Source of the DNA: an uncultured archaeon
GTDB taxonomy: Archaea > Asgardarchaeota > Heimdallarchaeia > Heimdallarchaeales > Heimdallarchaeaceae
Direction: 5' to 3'
DNA: 64,000 nt
Assembly (NCBI GenBank): GCA_964534625.1
Contig: CAZHRF010000006.1
Location: forward strand, 35,298 to 99,297
Translations under genes and position numbers: made by a program
In this document: positions 19,637 to 30,600 of the stretch, piece by piece
Layout: each line of letters begins with the position of its first letter
Numbering within the stretch: the stretch's first letter is position 1
The notes under the pieces: model-generated
Seen by the model: the letters and a program-made list of their open reading frames with translations, nothing else
What the model was told of the DNA's origin: nothing
Databases searched by the model: none

Positions 19637-19644
19637 TTTATATG
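19637..19644 (+). promoter_or_regulatory. TATA box with purine-rich BRE
   Basis: AAAAGGG-TTTATATG ending 26 nt before the ATG at 19671. Confidence 0.45.
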
Positions 19645-19670
19645 TGTGGCTGGTTCCTTAATATTATAAA

Positions 19671-20366
19671 ATGGACACTATCGCTAAATTATTTTTGAAA
19701 TCAATATCTTCCATTTATGAAGGTACAATCAGCGATAGCTCTTTTTATCCCTCGCTCTATTTTAATGATAATGATCATAACTCAATCTATTATGGATATC
19801 GGGTATCCAATATCCTTCCTTCCAGAATGTTTGTTCGTATTAAGTCTATAAAAAAATGGAAATATATGGACGTATTATGGTTAGTAGATAACTCAGAATT
19901 AACTGGTGAGGGATGTACCACTTATGAAAAGAAAAAGAAGGATATAAATATTTATGGAGAACCTGACGACTTTATCAAAGTAATTACAAAAGATGCAACC
20001 ATTAAAGCTTGTTTTCCAGATATTAGTAATGATAACAACTTATTTGATAAAGCAGTAGTGGGGAGTAGGGATTGTTTTAAAGAAAAGGGAGAACAATTGG
20101 GCATTAATCCTGCTAGCATCCCTTGTCAATACATAGCCTTCTCATCTCTTCGAGTAGATAATAATTTAACAGATAATAAACAATATCAAGATAAAATCAT
20201 ATACTCATTCCTATCTTTGATCGACCTTGTCCACCGGACATTAGATATACTTACAAAACGAGAACAAAAATCAAAAAGTAAAGAAAAGAAAGTTTTCTGC
20301 GTTCGGTGTGGATATTCTATCCCTGAATCTTCTTATTATTGCCCATTCTGTGGGAGTAAACAATAA
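19671..20366 (+). CDS. hypothetical protein with C-terminal zinc ribbon
   Basis: CVRCG...CPFCG at the C-terminus. Confidence 0.75.
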   Translation: MDTIAKLFLKSISSIYEGTISDSSFYPSLYFNDNDHNSIYYGYRVSNILPSRMFVRIKSIKKWKYMDVLWLVDNSELTGEGCTTYEKKKKDINIYGEPDDFIKVITKDATIKACFPDISNDNNLFDKAVVGSRDCFKEKGEQLGINPASIPCQYIAFSSLRVDNNLTDNKQYQDKIIYSFLSLIDLVHRTLDILTKREQKSKSKEKKVFCVRCGYSIPESSYYCPFCGSKQ

Positions 20367-20394
20367 CAAACTAAAACGCAATAAGAATAAAAAT

Positions 20395-20736
20395 TTACGT
20401 GTGGTACAATATATCAGCACGTTCAATTAACACTATACCCTCAGTTTGATCAGCTAAATCAAAAGCATTGGGGGAGAAATAATTAGAGACCACAAATGCA
20501 GCATTTAAGTTAGATTGTTGTAATAAACGTTCAATGTGGATGATTTTATCTGTACCTACACTCCTTTTCCAATCTAAAATCCATACACCAATTAATAGAT
20601 TATCCACTAAAATAAGATACTTTAACGATTTTTGAGAGACGCCTTCAACTAAGGATAAGTCATCTGTAATTTTTCCATGCTGTTTTAAATAATCTATTGC
20701 AATTTCGTCTAACGAGATTTGTTGATCTTGATGCAT
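20395..20736 (-). CDS. small Mrr-like restriction-endonuclease-fold protein, likely degenerate
   Basis: WILDWKRSVG.DKI...FVVSNYFSPNA resembles the Mrr_cat C-terminal half; GGAG RBS upstream. Confidence 0.55.
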   Translation of the reverse strand: MHQDQQISLDEIAIDYLKQHGKITDDLSLVEGVSQKSLKYLILVDNLLIGVWILDWKRSVGTDKIIHIERLLQQSNLNAAFVVSNYFSPNAFDLADQTEGIVLIERADILYHT

Positions 20737-20960
20737 AGGTCCTTCTCCTTTAAGTGATTTATAGATAGCTATTAAAGAGTTTGTATGATATCAATTTACT
20801 ATAAGTCTAAAAAAAATAGTTATGAGATGAATAATAAAGACAAAACTAAATACTTCCAATAGGAGCATATAATATAATCTGTAAGAATAGAATAAAAGAC
20901 GAATGAATAGCTCTAAAAACCATACACAAAAATTAGATGAAAAATAAGAATATCTTAATC

Positions 20961-21281
20961 TCATTTTTCATTGGTCACATGTACAGTTCTCGTCACGTTA
21001 TTACATTTAATCTTCCATTCACCTGTTTCAGAAAAACTAGTTTCAACGAAAGTATTAAATGGAGTAATAACTTGTGCTGCCATAACATTAGGATCTCGTG
21101 TTCCAGTAACAAGAATGTTCAAGAGCTTATCGGAAATATTTACATCCAATTGTGGATCATTCAATTTCCATCCAGCATCAGAAAAAGTACCTGAAATAGA
21201 AATAGAAACGGGTTGGTTTACCTTTACACTTGAACTTACGGAAACATCCGTTATATGGACAGATTTAGATTGCTTTTTCAT
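20961..21281 (-). CDS. small beta-sandwich protein, PrcB C-terminal-like
   Basis: GTFSDAGWKL...DPNVMAAQVITPF pattern. The plus-strand ORFs here are shadows. Confidence 0.55.
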   Translation of the reverse strand: MKKQSKSVHITDVSVSSSVKVNQPVSISISGTFSDAGWKLNDPQLDVNISDKLLNILVTGTRDPNVMAAQVITPFNTFVETSFSETGEWKIKCNNVTRTVHVTNEK

Positions 21282-21621
21282 ATATATATAATATGTACAT
21301 GTTTTTTAAAGATTTAGAACAAAAAGTTAACAAATTGTTCATGGGGTGAAAGAAAGATACCATTAGAGTTAGTAACAATTGACATGTTCATGTGTGTTGG
21401 TTAAGTTTATTGCTGTCTATGTTTAGTATAAAAGCATAAATCAAAGTTCTGAAAATGCTGAATTCAATATAATGTAAAAGTGGATTTTGATCAATTTTCC
21501 AAAGGAATATAATGAAAGAGTTTACTGAAAAACATTGATATTTTGGACTAGGACAAACATTATATTTTTAAACAACTTCCACTTTATAGTTAATTGACTA
21601 AAACTTTTAGGTGAAAACAAA

Positions 21622-22050
21622 ATGTTGAAAAAATTAACAAAAAAACGAGGAGTTTCCCCAGTTATAGCAACAGTTCTACTTATTGCACTAGTCACAGCAG
21701 CAGCGGCAATAGTATTCTTAGTCGTTCTACCTATGATGCAACCAAGTGGAGAACTAATAGTAACAGCAAATGGCGATTTAGCGGCCTATAATGATACTAG
21801 TCAGACTTTCAGCCTTCAAATTAAAGCACTAGGTGCAGATGTTACAATCGATTCAATATCAGTAGATGGTACATCAACAGAAATTGTAACTACCCCATTA
21901 ACAATCAACAATGGTCAAACTAGAACGTTCACAGTACGTTGGGACAACAGTACCACTAATTTAAGTAGCACTAGTAGTTATACCATCACCGTCGCATTTT
22001 CTTATGGTGACAGTGAGGGGCTCTGGACTGGTTCTCTAACATTAGGTTAA
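21622..22050 (+). CDS. archaeal type IV pilin-like protein
   Basis: Class III signal peptide KKRG|VSPVIATVLLIAL, Ser/Thr-rich beta domain, GGTGA RBS. Confidence 0.88.
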   Translation: MLKKLTKKRGVSPVIATVLLIALVTAAAAIVFLVVLPMMQPSGELIVTANGDLAAYNDTSQTFSLQIKALGADVTIDSISVDGTSTEIVTTPLTINNGQTRTFTVRWDNSTTNLSSTSSYTITVAFSYGDSEGLWTGSLTLG

Positions 22051-22165
22051 TACTAAATTCTTTTTTTCCCTTTTTCTATTTTGATTTGATGAATAATTTT
22101 CACGTATTTGATTCTTTTTCTTGAAGGAACACCTTTATTAGTAAGTATTTTTTTTTAATGATTCA

Positions 22166-22867
22166 ATGTTCAGAGATTTAGACAATCCCAAAGTTTCACC
22201 ACAATTAAAACAATTACTCTATACACTATATGGAAATGAGATTTCCATAGATGAATTTGTTGATTCAATTTTAGGCGATTCTCAAGAATGTATAAGTTTA
22301 CTTGAAGTCGAGGGAGAATCTCTTGGTTATTGCATTTGGCTAATCGATATTGAAACTGATGAAGATAATGAGGAGAGTAGGATTTTTGTTGTAGATGATC
22401 TTGTTCTCAAATCGTTTGAACAAGTTAAACAAGCGAGTAAAAACATCCCCTCCCTTATCAAAGAAAAAGCCCAGCAAACTAATTGTTCTCTTATTGATCT
22501 TTCTCTTCCCAGTCAATCTTTTTGGCTTATTCCTATTTTTGCTGAACAAAGTTTTGAGTTAACTGTTCTTCGTGTTAGTAAGGAGTTAGTTAAAAAAACT
22601 GAGTTTGTATCTATTTATACTAGCATTACCCAATCTATTTCTCCCCAATTAATCGAAGTGATGGTTTCTAAGGACGACAATTTTCATTTAGAGCTAATCG
22701 AAGAACCTAAAGATTATCGTCGTTTATTGAATGAAAATTATACGCCTGAAGTTGTCAGTATTATTTTTGACTTAGATACTTACGAACTTTTAGATCTTAC
22801 AGAAAAGGTGAAAGAGATAACTGAATGGCAAGAATATGCTGTTTCTTTAATTTATTATTTCGAATAA
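22166..22867 (+). CDS. acidic hypothetical protein, N-terminal half GNAT-like
   Basis: LLEVEGESLGYC...VDDLVL...AQQTNCSLIDL pattern; no clear acetyl-CoA loop. CTTTATTA TATA box at 22133. Confidence 0.55.
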   Translation: MFRDLDNPKVSPQLKQLLYTLYGNEISIDEFVDSILGDSQECISLLEVEGESLGYCIWLIDIETDEDNEESRIFVVDDLVLKSFEQVKQASKNIPSLIKEKAQQTNCSLIDLSLPSQSFWLIPIFAEQSFELTVLRVSKELVKKTEFVSIYTSITQSISPQLIEVMVSKDDNFHLELIEEPKDYRRLLNENYTPEVVSIIFDLDTYELLDLTEKVKEITEWQEYAVSLIYYFE

Positions 22868-22974
22868 TATTCCTATGACGTTGTTATATCTTTAGTTTAT
22901 TCTCTCCTTTTTGATCAATTTATTTGCTTTTTTTCAGCTGTATCTTTGGATCTATACGTATCTCTTATTTTCTC

Positions 22975-23676
22975 TTAAATTAGCCTTTCTACAATTTTTC
23001 TTGTTTCTTTTGGATAATTAGTTATTATCCCATCTACTCCTAATTTTATCATCCTTTCTATACTTTTCTCTTTATCTACTGTCCACACGTTTACTTTTTT
23101 TCCCATTTTTTTGTAATTCTTTATTCTTCTCTTAGTTAGCAACATATAATATGGATTAATGGTGTCTAGATAGTCTTTTTTTGTCATTTGCTTGTTTTTA
23201 CAAAATGGAACAATATATAATAATCCCATCTTAAATTCTGCTTTTTGTTTTACTTCTTTTAGTTCTTCTAGCACTTTTCTCTTAAATGAGGTTATTAATA
23301 TCCTCTTCTGATCTACTCCCGTTTCTTTTAGTAGTTGCATAAATTCCTCTTTTCTTATTTCACTTTTTATTTCTATATTCAATTCTATTTGGGGTATATA
23401 TTTTTCTACTACATCTTTTAGCAGGGGTATTTTTTCTCCATTTGGCAATTTTACTTCTCTTAACCTATCCATCGTTGTTTCTGCTATTTTTATTTTATTT
23501 CCATTTTCTTTTACCTCATAGTCATGATATATCACGTAGTGTCCATCTTTTGTTCTATGTGTATCTAGTTCTATCATATCTGCTTTTTGTTTAACTGCTA
23601 AATCAAATGCTTCTATTGTATTCTCATATGCCTCACCCGAAGCTCCTCTATGTCCTATTATCTTTATTTTTTTCAT
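22975..23676 (-). CDS. glycerophosphodiester phosphodiesterase
   Basis: IGHRGA..ENT, DMIELD, YHD, NIEIK, VWTVD, GVDGIITNYP. Confidence 0.93.
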   Translation of the reverse strand: MKKIKIIGHRGASGEAYENTIEAFDLAVKQKADMIELDTHRTKDGHYVIYHDYEVKENGNKIKIAETTMDRLREVKLPNGEKIPLLKDVVEKYIPQIELNIEIKSEIRKEEFMQLLKETGVDQKRILITSFKRKVLEELKEVKQKAEFKMGLLYIVPFCKNKQMTKKDYLDTINPYYMLLTKRRIKNYKKMGKKVNVWTVDKEKSIERMIKLGVDGIITNYPKETRKIVERLI

Positions 23677-23746
23677 TAGTATACTCCATTTTTCTTTTTT
23701 GGCTCATTTAAGAAAAACATTTTAAAAACTAATAAAACCTTTTCCT

Positions 23747-25000
23747 ATGAATTATAAAGTTAAAGATATTACCCTTGCTGATCAAGGTCGTAATAAAATC
23801 GACTGGGCTGAATCTCGTATGCCTGTTATGATGGCTTTACGCGAGAAGTTTTCTAAAACCCAACCTCTGAAAGGTATGAAGGTTGCTGGTTGTTTACATG
23901 TTACTAAGGAGACTGCTGTTTTAGTTGAAACCATTCGTATTTGTGGTGCTGAAGTTGCTTGGTGTGGTTGTAATCCTCTTTCTACTAAGGATGATATCGC
24001 TGCCGCTTTAGCTTCTAATGATACCCCCATTTATGCTTGGTATGGTATGTCTACTGAAGAATTTTATTGGGCTATTGAACAAGTTCTTAAGATTAAACCC
24101 AACCTTACTTTAGATGATGGTGCTGATCTTATTTTTACTGTGCATTCCAAGCATGAAGAATTAGCTGATTCCATTATTGGCGGTACAGAGGAAACCACTA
24201 CAGGCGTTCATCGCTTACGTGCGATGGAACGTGCTTCTAAACTTCTTTATCCTATTGTTGCCGTTAATGATGCTGAAACCAAATGGGATTTTGATAATGT
24301 TTATGGAACTGGTCAATCTACTATTGATGGTATTCTCCGTGCTACTAACATTTTCATTGCAGGTAAGACTTTTGTTGTTGCTGGTTATGGTCATTGCGGT
24401 AAAGGTGTTGCAAAACGTGCTTCTGGTTTAGGAGCGGATGTTATTGTTACCGAAGTTAATCCCATTCAAGCCCTTAAAGCTACACTTGATGGCTTCCGTG
24501 TTCTTAAAATGGATGATGCTTCTTCTCTTGGCGATATTTTTGTTACCGCCACTGGTATGAAAGATATTATTGTTAAACGACATTTCAATAATATGAAAGA
24601 TGGAGCCATTGTCTGTAACACTGGTCATTATGATGTTGAGATCAACATTCCCCATTTAGAAGAACTTTCAACACAAAAACGAGAGATTCGTACCAATTGC
24701 GATCAATATGTTCTACCTACTGGCAATCGTGTTTATTTGCTTGCTAAAGGGCGACTAGTTAATCTTTCTGCTGCTGAAGGCCATCCTTCTGAAGTTATGG
24801 ATATGTCATTTGCCAATCAATTATTAAGTCTGATTAATCTAGCCCAGTCCGGGCATGTACTTCAAAATAAGGTTTATGATGTCCCAACTGAACAAGATGC
24901 TGAAGTTGCTTCACTCAAACTTTCTTTAATGGGGCATCAAATCGACAAACTTACTCCTGAACAAGAGCAGTATCGCGATGCGTTTTATGAAGGCACATAA
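23747..25000 (+). CDS. ahcY: S-adenosylhomocysteine hydrolase
   Basis: CLHVTKET, CNPLST, LDDGADL, EETTTG, FDNVYGTGQS, GYGHCGKG, GHPSEVMDMSF. Confidence 0.97.
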   Translation: MNYKVKDITLADQGRNKIDWAESRMPVMMALREKFSKTQPLKGMKVAGCLHVTKETAVLVETIRICGAEVAWCGCNPLSTKDDIAAALASNDTPIYAWYGMSTEEFYWAIEQVLKIKPNLTLDDGADLIFTVHSKHEELADSIIGGTEETTTGVHRLRAMERASKLLYPIVAVNDAETKWDFDNVYGTGQSTIDGILRATNIFIAGKTFVVAGYGHCGKGVAKRASGLGADVIVTEVNPIQALKATLDGFRVLKMDDASSLGDIFVTATGMKDIIVKRHFNNMKDGAIVCNTGHYDVEINIPHLEELSTQKREIRTNCDQYVLPTGNRVYLLAKGRLVNLSAAEGHPSEVMDMSFANQLLSLINLAQSGHVLQNKVYDVPTEQDAEVASLKLSLMGHQIDKLTPEQEQYRDAFYEGT

Positions 25001-25105
25001 ATTTTCTTTATTCTTGCTTTTTTACTTCTTTTAGAATTTTTCAGCACAAGATTTTTAGACTAGTATCAGCTTATTTCAGTTATAAGAAACAAGGACTTCC
25101 TTACA

Positions 25106-26407
25106 ATGATAAAACATATTCTTATACTTACTACATATGGTCAGATATTCTTTTCACAAGAATTTGGCGAAGGAGAAGAAACTGTTGACGTAGCCTTAAC
25201 TGGTGGTTTAATGAGTGCCATCTATTCTATGGCTACCGAGACTCAAAGAGAAAAGATTTCTGAATTCGAGATGGTTACTTCGCGTATTATTTTCAAAGAA
25301 GAGAAGAACGATCTTCTTTTTGTTCTCACTGTTGACAAACGAATGGACAACAAAGATGCTGACGACTTGTTGAATATGATTGCTAAGAGATTTTTCAATC
25401 GTTATGGATATGAATTGCAAATGGATGGCCTTATTCTTTCCGAATTTGAAGAAGATGTAACCCAAGTTATCAATCAAAAACTTTGGTATCTAGAAACAGA
25501 TAAAGAGAGATTTAGATGGTATGATCATCTTTCTGTTTTCTGTGTTTCTGCCATTTTATTTTGGTATATTCATCTTCTTTTTAACATCACTGACTTTATA
25601 TGGGCGCCATTAATTACCCGTCTACATACCCCGCTTAGTTTCTTACTCTATCTTTTGATGTTAACTGCTAGTATTTCTGGTCCCGGAATTATTCTTTATT
25701 GGCTTTTTAAGAAAACAAAAGTGGACTATATTTTCCGCTTTTCTCGCGAATATCTTATGCGCCCCACTAGGGCTAGTTATTCCGAGCTACTGCCCAATTA
25801 TTTCCTTTATACTATCTTCATCTCGTATATCCTATATTTTGCTTTTATGATAGCAGCGAGGGCATATTTCTCTGAGATTACCGCCTTTCGTTTATTCCCT
25901 GGTGGATTGTATGGAGAAAGATATAATCAACCTTTTACTGGGTTTAATTGGGATGTCTCAGACGTGGGTGACCAGTATATTATTGGTTCCTTCACTTGGT
26001 TTTCATGGGTGTTTCTTTTTCCTCTTATTTATTCTTCTATTTTAGGAGAAAAGGATAAACAAAAACGGAGAAATGTCTTCAGAAATGCCATGTTCATTTC
26101 ATCTATTGCAATTGCTTTAATCTTTGGATGTCTAGTTGTTGGAGGAACACATTATCAACAAATGGTTGGGTTTAATCCTACCGATTTAGCCAAATATGCG
26201 TATGAAGCCGAGACTGTAGCACATCAATTTTTAGTTCGGTTTCCTCTTAATATTTTCTTCTATGGTTTTCTTCTCTTTCTAGGCATAGGTATAGCTAGAG
26301 TTTCACCTTCAAAAACCAAAGTTAATTCCCTCATCGGTATTTGGGTATCAATATACTTAACATTGATGTTACAACGACTTTTCTATTCATTCTGGTCTTA
26401 TGTTTAA
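25106..26407 (+). CDS. longin domain fused to a ~7-TM membrane domain
   Basis: N-terminal ~125 aa longin pattern (ILILTTYGQIFF, GGLMSAI, LLFVLTVD); seven hydrophobic segments follow. Confidence 0.7.
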   Translation: MIKHILILTTYGQIFFSQEFGEGEETVDVALTGGLMSAIYSMATETQREKISEFEMVTSRIIFKEEKNDLLFVLTVDKRMDNKDADDLLNMIAKRFFNRYGYELQMDGLILSEFEEDVTQVINQKLWYLETDKERFRWYDHLSVFCVSAILFWYIHLLFNITDFIWAPLITRLHTPLSFLLYLLMLTASISGPGIILYWLFKKTKVDYIFRFSREYLMRPTRASYSELLPNYFLYTIFISYILYFAFMIAARAYFSEITAFRLFPGGLYGERYNQPFTGFNWDVSDVGDQYIIGSFTWFSWVFLFPLIYSSILGEKDKQKRRNVFRNAMFISSIAIALIFGCLVVGGTHYQQMVGFNPTDLAKYAYEAETVAHQFLVRFPLNIFFYGFLLFLGIGIARVSPSKTKVNSLIGIWVSIYLTLMLQRLFYSFWSYV

Positions 26408-26539
26408 AAAAAATTCTTTCCTTTTCTTTTCCTTTCTATTTCGCTTTCTTTTAATTAGAAACTTTTAAATTAATTGTATTCCTCAAAGGAATAACAATAT
26501 CTTTAGTATGTGAGGTTTATATCTTTGAGTTTAGAATTC

Positions 26540-27682
26540 ATGATCAGGTTCTTTTTCAACAACAAAAAAAGGACATATCAATCTATATTGACTTTATCCT
26601 TAGGTTTAGTAATCTATCTCGCCACAACTATGCTCATTACAGGATATTCTAGTCATATAAGTGGTATGGCTGCAACCATCCAACCCTCACAATATGTACT
26701 GATTACTGAAAAAGGCAAATCTCTTTCTGATAGTCGACTCTCTTTAGATATGCTCATTTTTTTAGAGGAATATGCAGAAGAAAAACCTAATATCCAGCTT
26801 GTTTTTCCTCAAATATATTTTCCTGTCGTTGTTAGGGGGGAAACAGGCATTGTCAAAGCATCTCATTTACGATTGTTGAATTTCACTTTATTTGAACAAG
26901 TTCGAAACACAGAGTATGAATACGACTTTACTGCACCCAATGAAGGAGAGATAATTGTTGGAAAACTACTATTCAATCAAATTTCCACAGGTGTAGGAGG
27001 GAGACTTACGCTGATTAACGACGATTTAAACCTAAATGGGAATCTTTCTGTTCTTAATATAGTAACGACACAAGTTGAGCACGATATTGAAATACTTGCC
27101 CCCATAGACTTATTCAATTTGCTTTCATTTGATTATTATTCCTTAATTGAACTTAAAGTCAAAGATAATAGAGAGATACCAGCAATAAAGAGTCATATTT
27201 CAAACCATTTTTCTAATGTTTCTATAGAAGATAAAAAACAAACACAAAATTTCATTAAATATGGAACAAGAGAGGTTGTAGAAACAATTACACTCTTGCA
27301 ATCATTATTTTTTGTTTTAATGTTAGTTTCTATCACATATAGCATTTACACGCTAGTCAAAGAAAGTGAACGGGAAATATTCATTCTTCGTTCTATTGGT
27401 GCAACAACTCGTTATATAATAGCATTATTTGTTGTACAATCGTTGATGATCGGTATAATCGCTGCCCTTATCTCGATTACAATTGGGTATCTTCTTATTA
27501 CTGCTATTGTTGCTATCGTTGCTGCAACGACTGCTTTACCTTATATTTCTCTAAGCTTTGGATTTGATTTAATTGGTACAATATTCTTTTTTTCACTTAT
27601 TGTCTCTACACTTTCTGGTATTTACCCTTCATTCTTAGCTGCCAAAATTAAAATCGTCAAGGAGGATCTCTCATGGATTTAA
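26540..27682 (+). CDS. FtsX/MacB-family (type VII ABC) permease
   Basis: 1 TM, extracytoplasmic domain, then 3 TM; EREIFILRSIGA and SGIYPSFLAAK. ATG at 26540 preferred over GTG at 26510. Confidence 0.85.
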   Translation: MIRFFFNNKKRTYQSILTLSLGLVIYLATTMLITGYSSHISGMAATIQPSQYVLITEKGKSLSDSRLSLDMLIFLEEYAEEKPNIQLVFPQIYFPVVVRGETGIVKASHLRLLNFTLFEQVRNTEYEYDFTAPNEGEIIVGKLLFNQISTGVGGRLTLINDDLNLNGNLSVLNIVTTQVEHDIEILAPIDLFNLLSFDYYSLIELKVKDNREIPAIKSHISNHFSNVSIEDKKQTQNFIKYGTREVVETITLLQSLFFVLMLVSITYSIYTLVKESEREIFILRSIGATTRYIIALFVVQSLMIGIIAALISITIGYLLITAIVAIVAATTALPYISLSFGFDLIGTIFFFSLIVSTLSGIYPSFLAAKIKIVKEDLSWI

Positions 27683-30600
27683 CAAAGATATTCCTCTATA
27701 ATGTTTTACCTAAAAAAAGGATATTTATAGCCTTCATTGGTTTTTTAATTAGTTCCGTCATTATTACTGGAACCTCCATTTTACTTTCTAGTATGATAGT
27801 ATCCTCACAAAGTTATTTTGGTGTTACCGATGATGTAATAGTTATTTCTAATCCAGAGGCCAATACTCCTTTTACAAGTATATTACCTTTAGATCTCATT
27901 TCTGCTATTCAATATGTACCTGGTGTAAAGGTTGTCAGTCCTGAGATTATGACAGCAGCCGTATATAATGATCAAGCAATTTATTATCGGGGAATTGACC
28001 CAATTACCTTCTGGAACTTCACAGATGTTGAGTACATTAAAGGGACCCCTATCACTCTTGATGATACATATAATGTCAGCGTGGGTGAACGTTTTGCCCA
28101 AAGGAACAATATTGATGTAGGTGACTTTTTTACTATTTATTCAACTCGGGCAGATTCTGCACTCGAGTTAAGGGTAAAATCTATCTTTAAAACGGCTACT
28201 TTATTAGACGATGAGATCATTGGTCCATTGTGGATCGGTCAGTTCTTATCGTTTGGGAATTTTGATTACATCTCACATATTCGCGTTAAAGTCGATTTAG
28301 ATATAATAAGGAACAAAGAAAAAATTGCTGAAATGGTTAACAGCAAATTTACATTACGAGTAGACTTATCAACTTCAAATAAAACCACAGCCTACAATGC
28401 AACCCTATATATCAAAACATTTAAGGATACTACTATATTGGAACGAAAGTTCATTAATAATAGAACCATTCAACAGATTTTGCCTTTTAGGATGTACAAT
28501 TTACAAGTAGAGATGAATGAACTAGTCTCAAACACTACAACAATATTAGTCGCAAAAAACGATACAAGGGTTGATCTATTTCTACCTCGTATTGAAAGAA
28601 AAATAGACTTTAATATCACCACCGACGAAGGGACGCCAATTGAGGGGGCAAAATTAGATATAACACCGATTATGGATAATGTTGAGCGGGAAAATCAGAA
28701 ATCTGTTTTATACACTAATAAACAGGGTCTTTCATCACAAATACTTGTTGACGGGACTTATAGACTTGAAGCTTTTTACAATAATTACTATATAGAACAG
28801 ATATTGGAGATTACAAAATCAAAAACAATAAATATTATATTAATATATAGACAGCCTGAAATATATTTTTATACTCCCACTAATGAGAGTACAATTCTAA
28901 ACAACGCTTTTAATCTTAAATTAGATTCCTCGCCTGGATGTTCAATCTATTATTATTTTGATTATAACAGTTCGCAGACTAAAACGTATTTTGTTTGGGA
29001 ACCAGGAGTTCAAAAACCAAATTACATCCCAACTGAACTAGAGTATGGCAATCATTCACTTACGGTAATAGCTTTAAATGAAGACTTTGATGGGAATGAG
29101 AGCAAAAATTATGCAAATAAAACTATTCATTTTTTCCTCAACAGTTCACTATCTGATTCTATTGAGCCCTCTTTACTTAAAAATGGCACACAAATCTATC
29201 CAAATCAAAAAATTGCTTTATCCGAAACACTTGCTTCAATAACAGGATTACAATACCAATGGAATCAACTGGGTTTTAAGGATATAGAAAGAGATTTCAT
29301 TATAACACCAAATAACACTGGTATTCATTTATTAACATTACGAACAAAAGCTGGAAAAATAATCGAAGAGTATTATTATATTATCACCTCCAATCCTGAT
29401 CCTCATGGCATTATTGGTGAAGTCAATTATCAACCAGTTAAAACAGGGGATAAAATAGATTTCTGGTGTTCAACACCTAATCAAACATTATATTATTCAT
29501 GGAATAACAACACAGCGTTATTCTTAGAAGAAGATTATATCCCTACTGATAGTTTGGGAGAAGGTTTAAACAGATTATATTTATATCAAATGACAAATGA
29601 ATCTTGGTACAACTCTTCGTATGAAATATGGATCGACAATACAAGTCCAGAGATAACATTAGATTACGATAATTATTCTAATATATCGAGTGGGGAATAT
29701 CTTGCCTTGCAAACAAATGAAGATATTTCTGGAGCCTATTTCTCTTGGGATGGACTACCATACTCTAAAATATTTTCTAACTTCATCCCTGTTCCCTTGA
29801 TTAATGGAACAAGAAATTTAACTCTCAAAGTTATTGACCTTGCTGGAAATATAAATATCACTTCATTCACTTATACAATAGTAAACTCCAGCACAACTTT
29901 TACAAGCGATATTTTCTTACAAAATGAATACTTTGGGAATTTGACTCTGCAATATATCACCATAAAAACCATAAGTTCTTTTAATTTTGACAATGCAAGT
30001 TTCAATTTGAATGGGCCTATTAGTAAAAGCGGTTATTATAATGAAAATATGAGAATATATCTCTATGAAGGTAATTATACCCTCAATCTTACTTTCCATG
30101 ATAACAATCTAACTTATTCTCGACAATGGACTTTTACCATTTGTAAAAGTTATAACCACTCTAATATCGATCCTACGCTATTTCAATTAAACAATACCAT
30201 CAGTAGTTATTATTTTCCCGATTTTAATTGGCGAGTTAATGTAAATGATACTGAAACGATTTTCTTAGTAGATTCAAAGTACCAGCTTCAACTAAATTAT
30301 ACAACTAGCGACAATACATGGATTGAAAATAAAAAGATAATTATAGATACCACTCTACCTATTATCACAATTTTGTCACCTAATAAAGGTATAAATGACA
30401 CTTCATTCTTCTTTGAAATAAACTCCAATGCTGTTGAAATTAATTATTCTATTGAAGGGAGCGGAATAAGCGGAATATATAACCCATATAACAACTCAGA
30501 AATAACTTTAGAAAAAGGAATCTACACAATACGTTTTTCACTCTATGACTCAGCTCATAACTATCGGACATACAATTACATCCTACGCACAGGGTTATCT

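Noticed and set aside
19561-19650. Possible pseudoknot or riboswitch (AACCC/GGGTT, ACACA/TGTGT)
   Set aside because: It overlaps the BRE/TATA of a probably leaderless gene, the stems are short, and it matches no known aptamer.
20937-21291. Plus-strand ORFs of 85 and 106 aa
   Set aside because: Antisense shadows of the more protein-like minus-strand gene.
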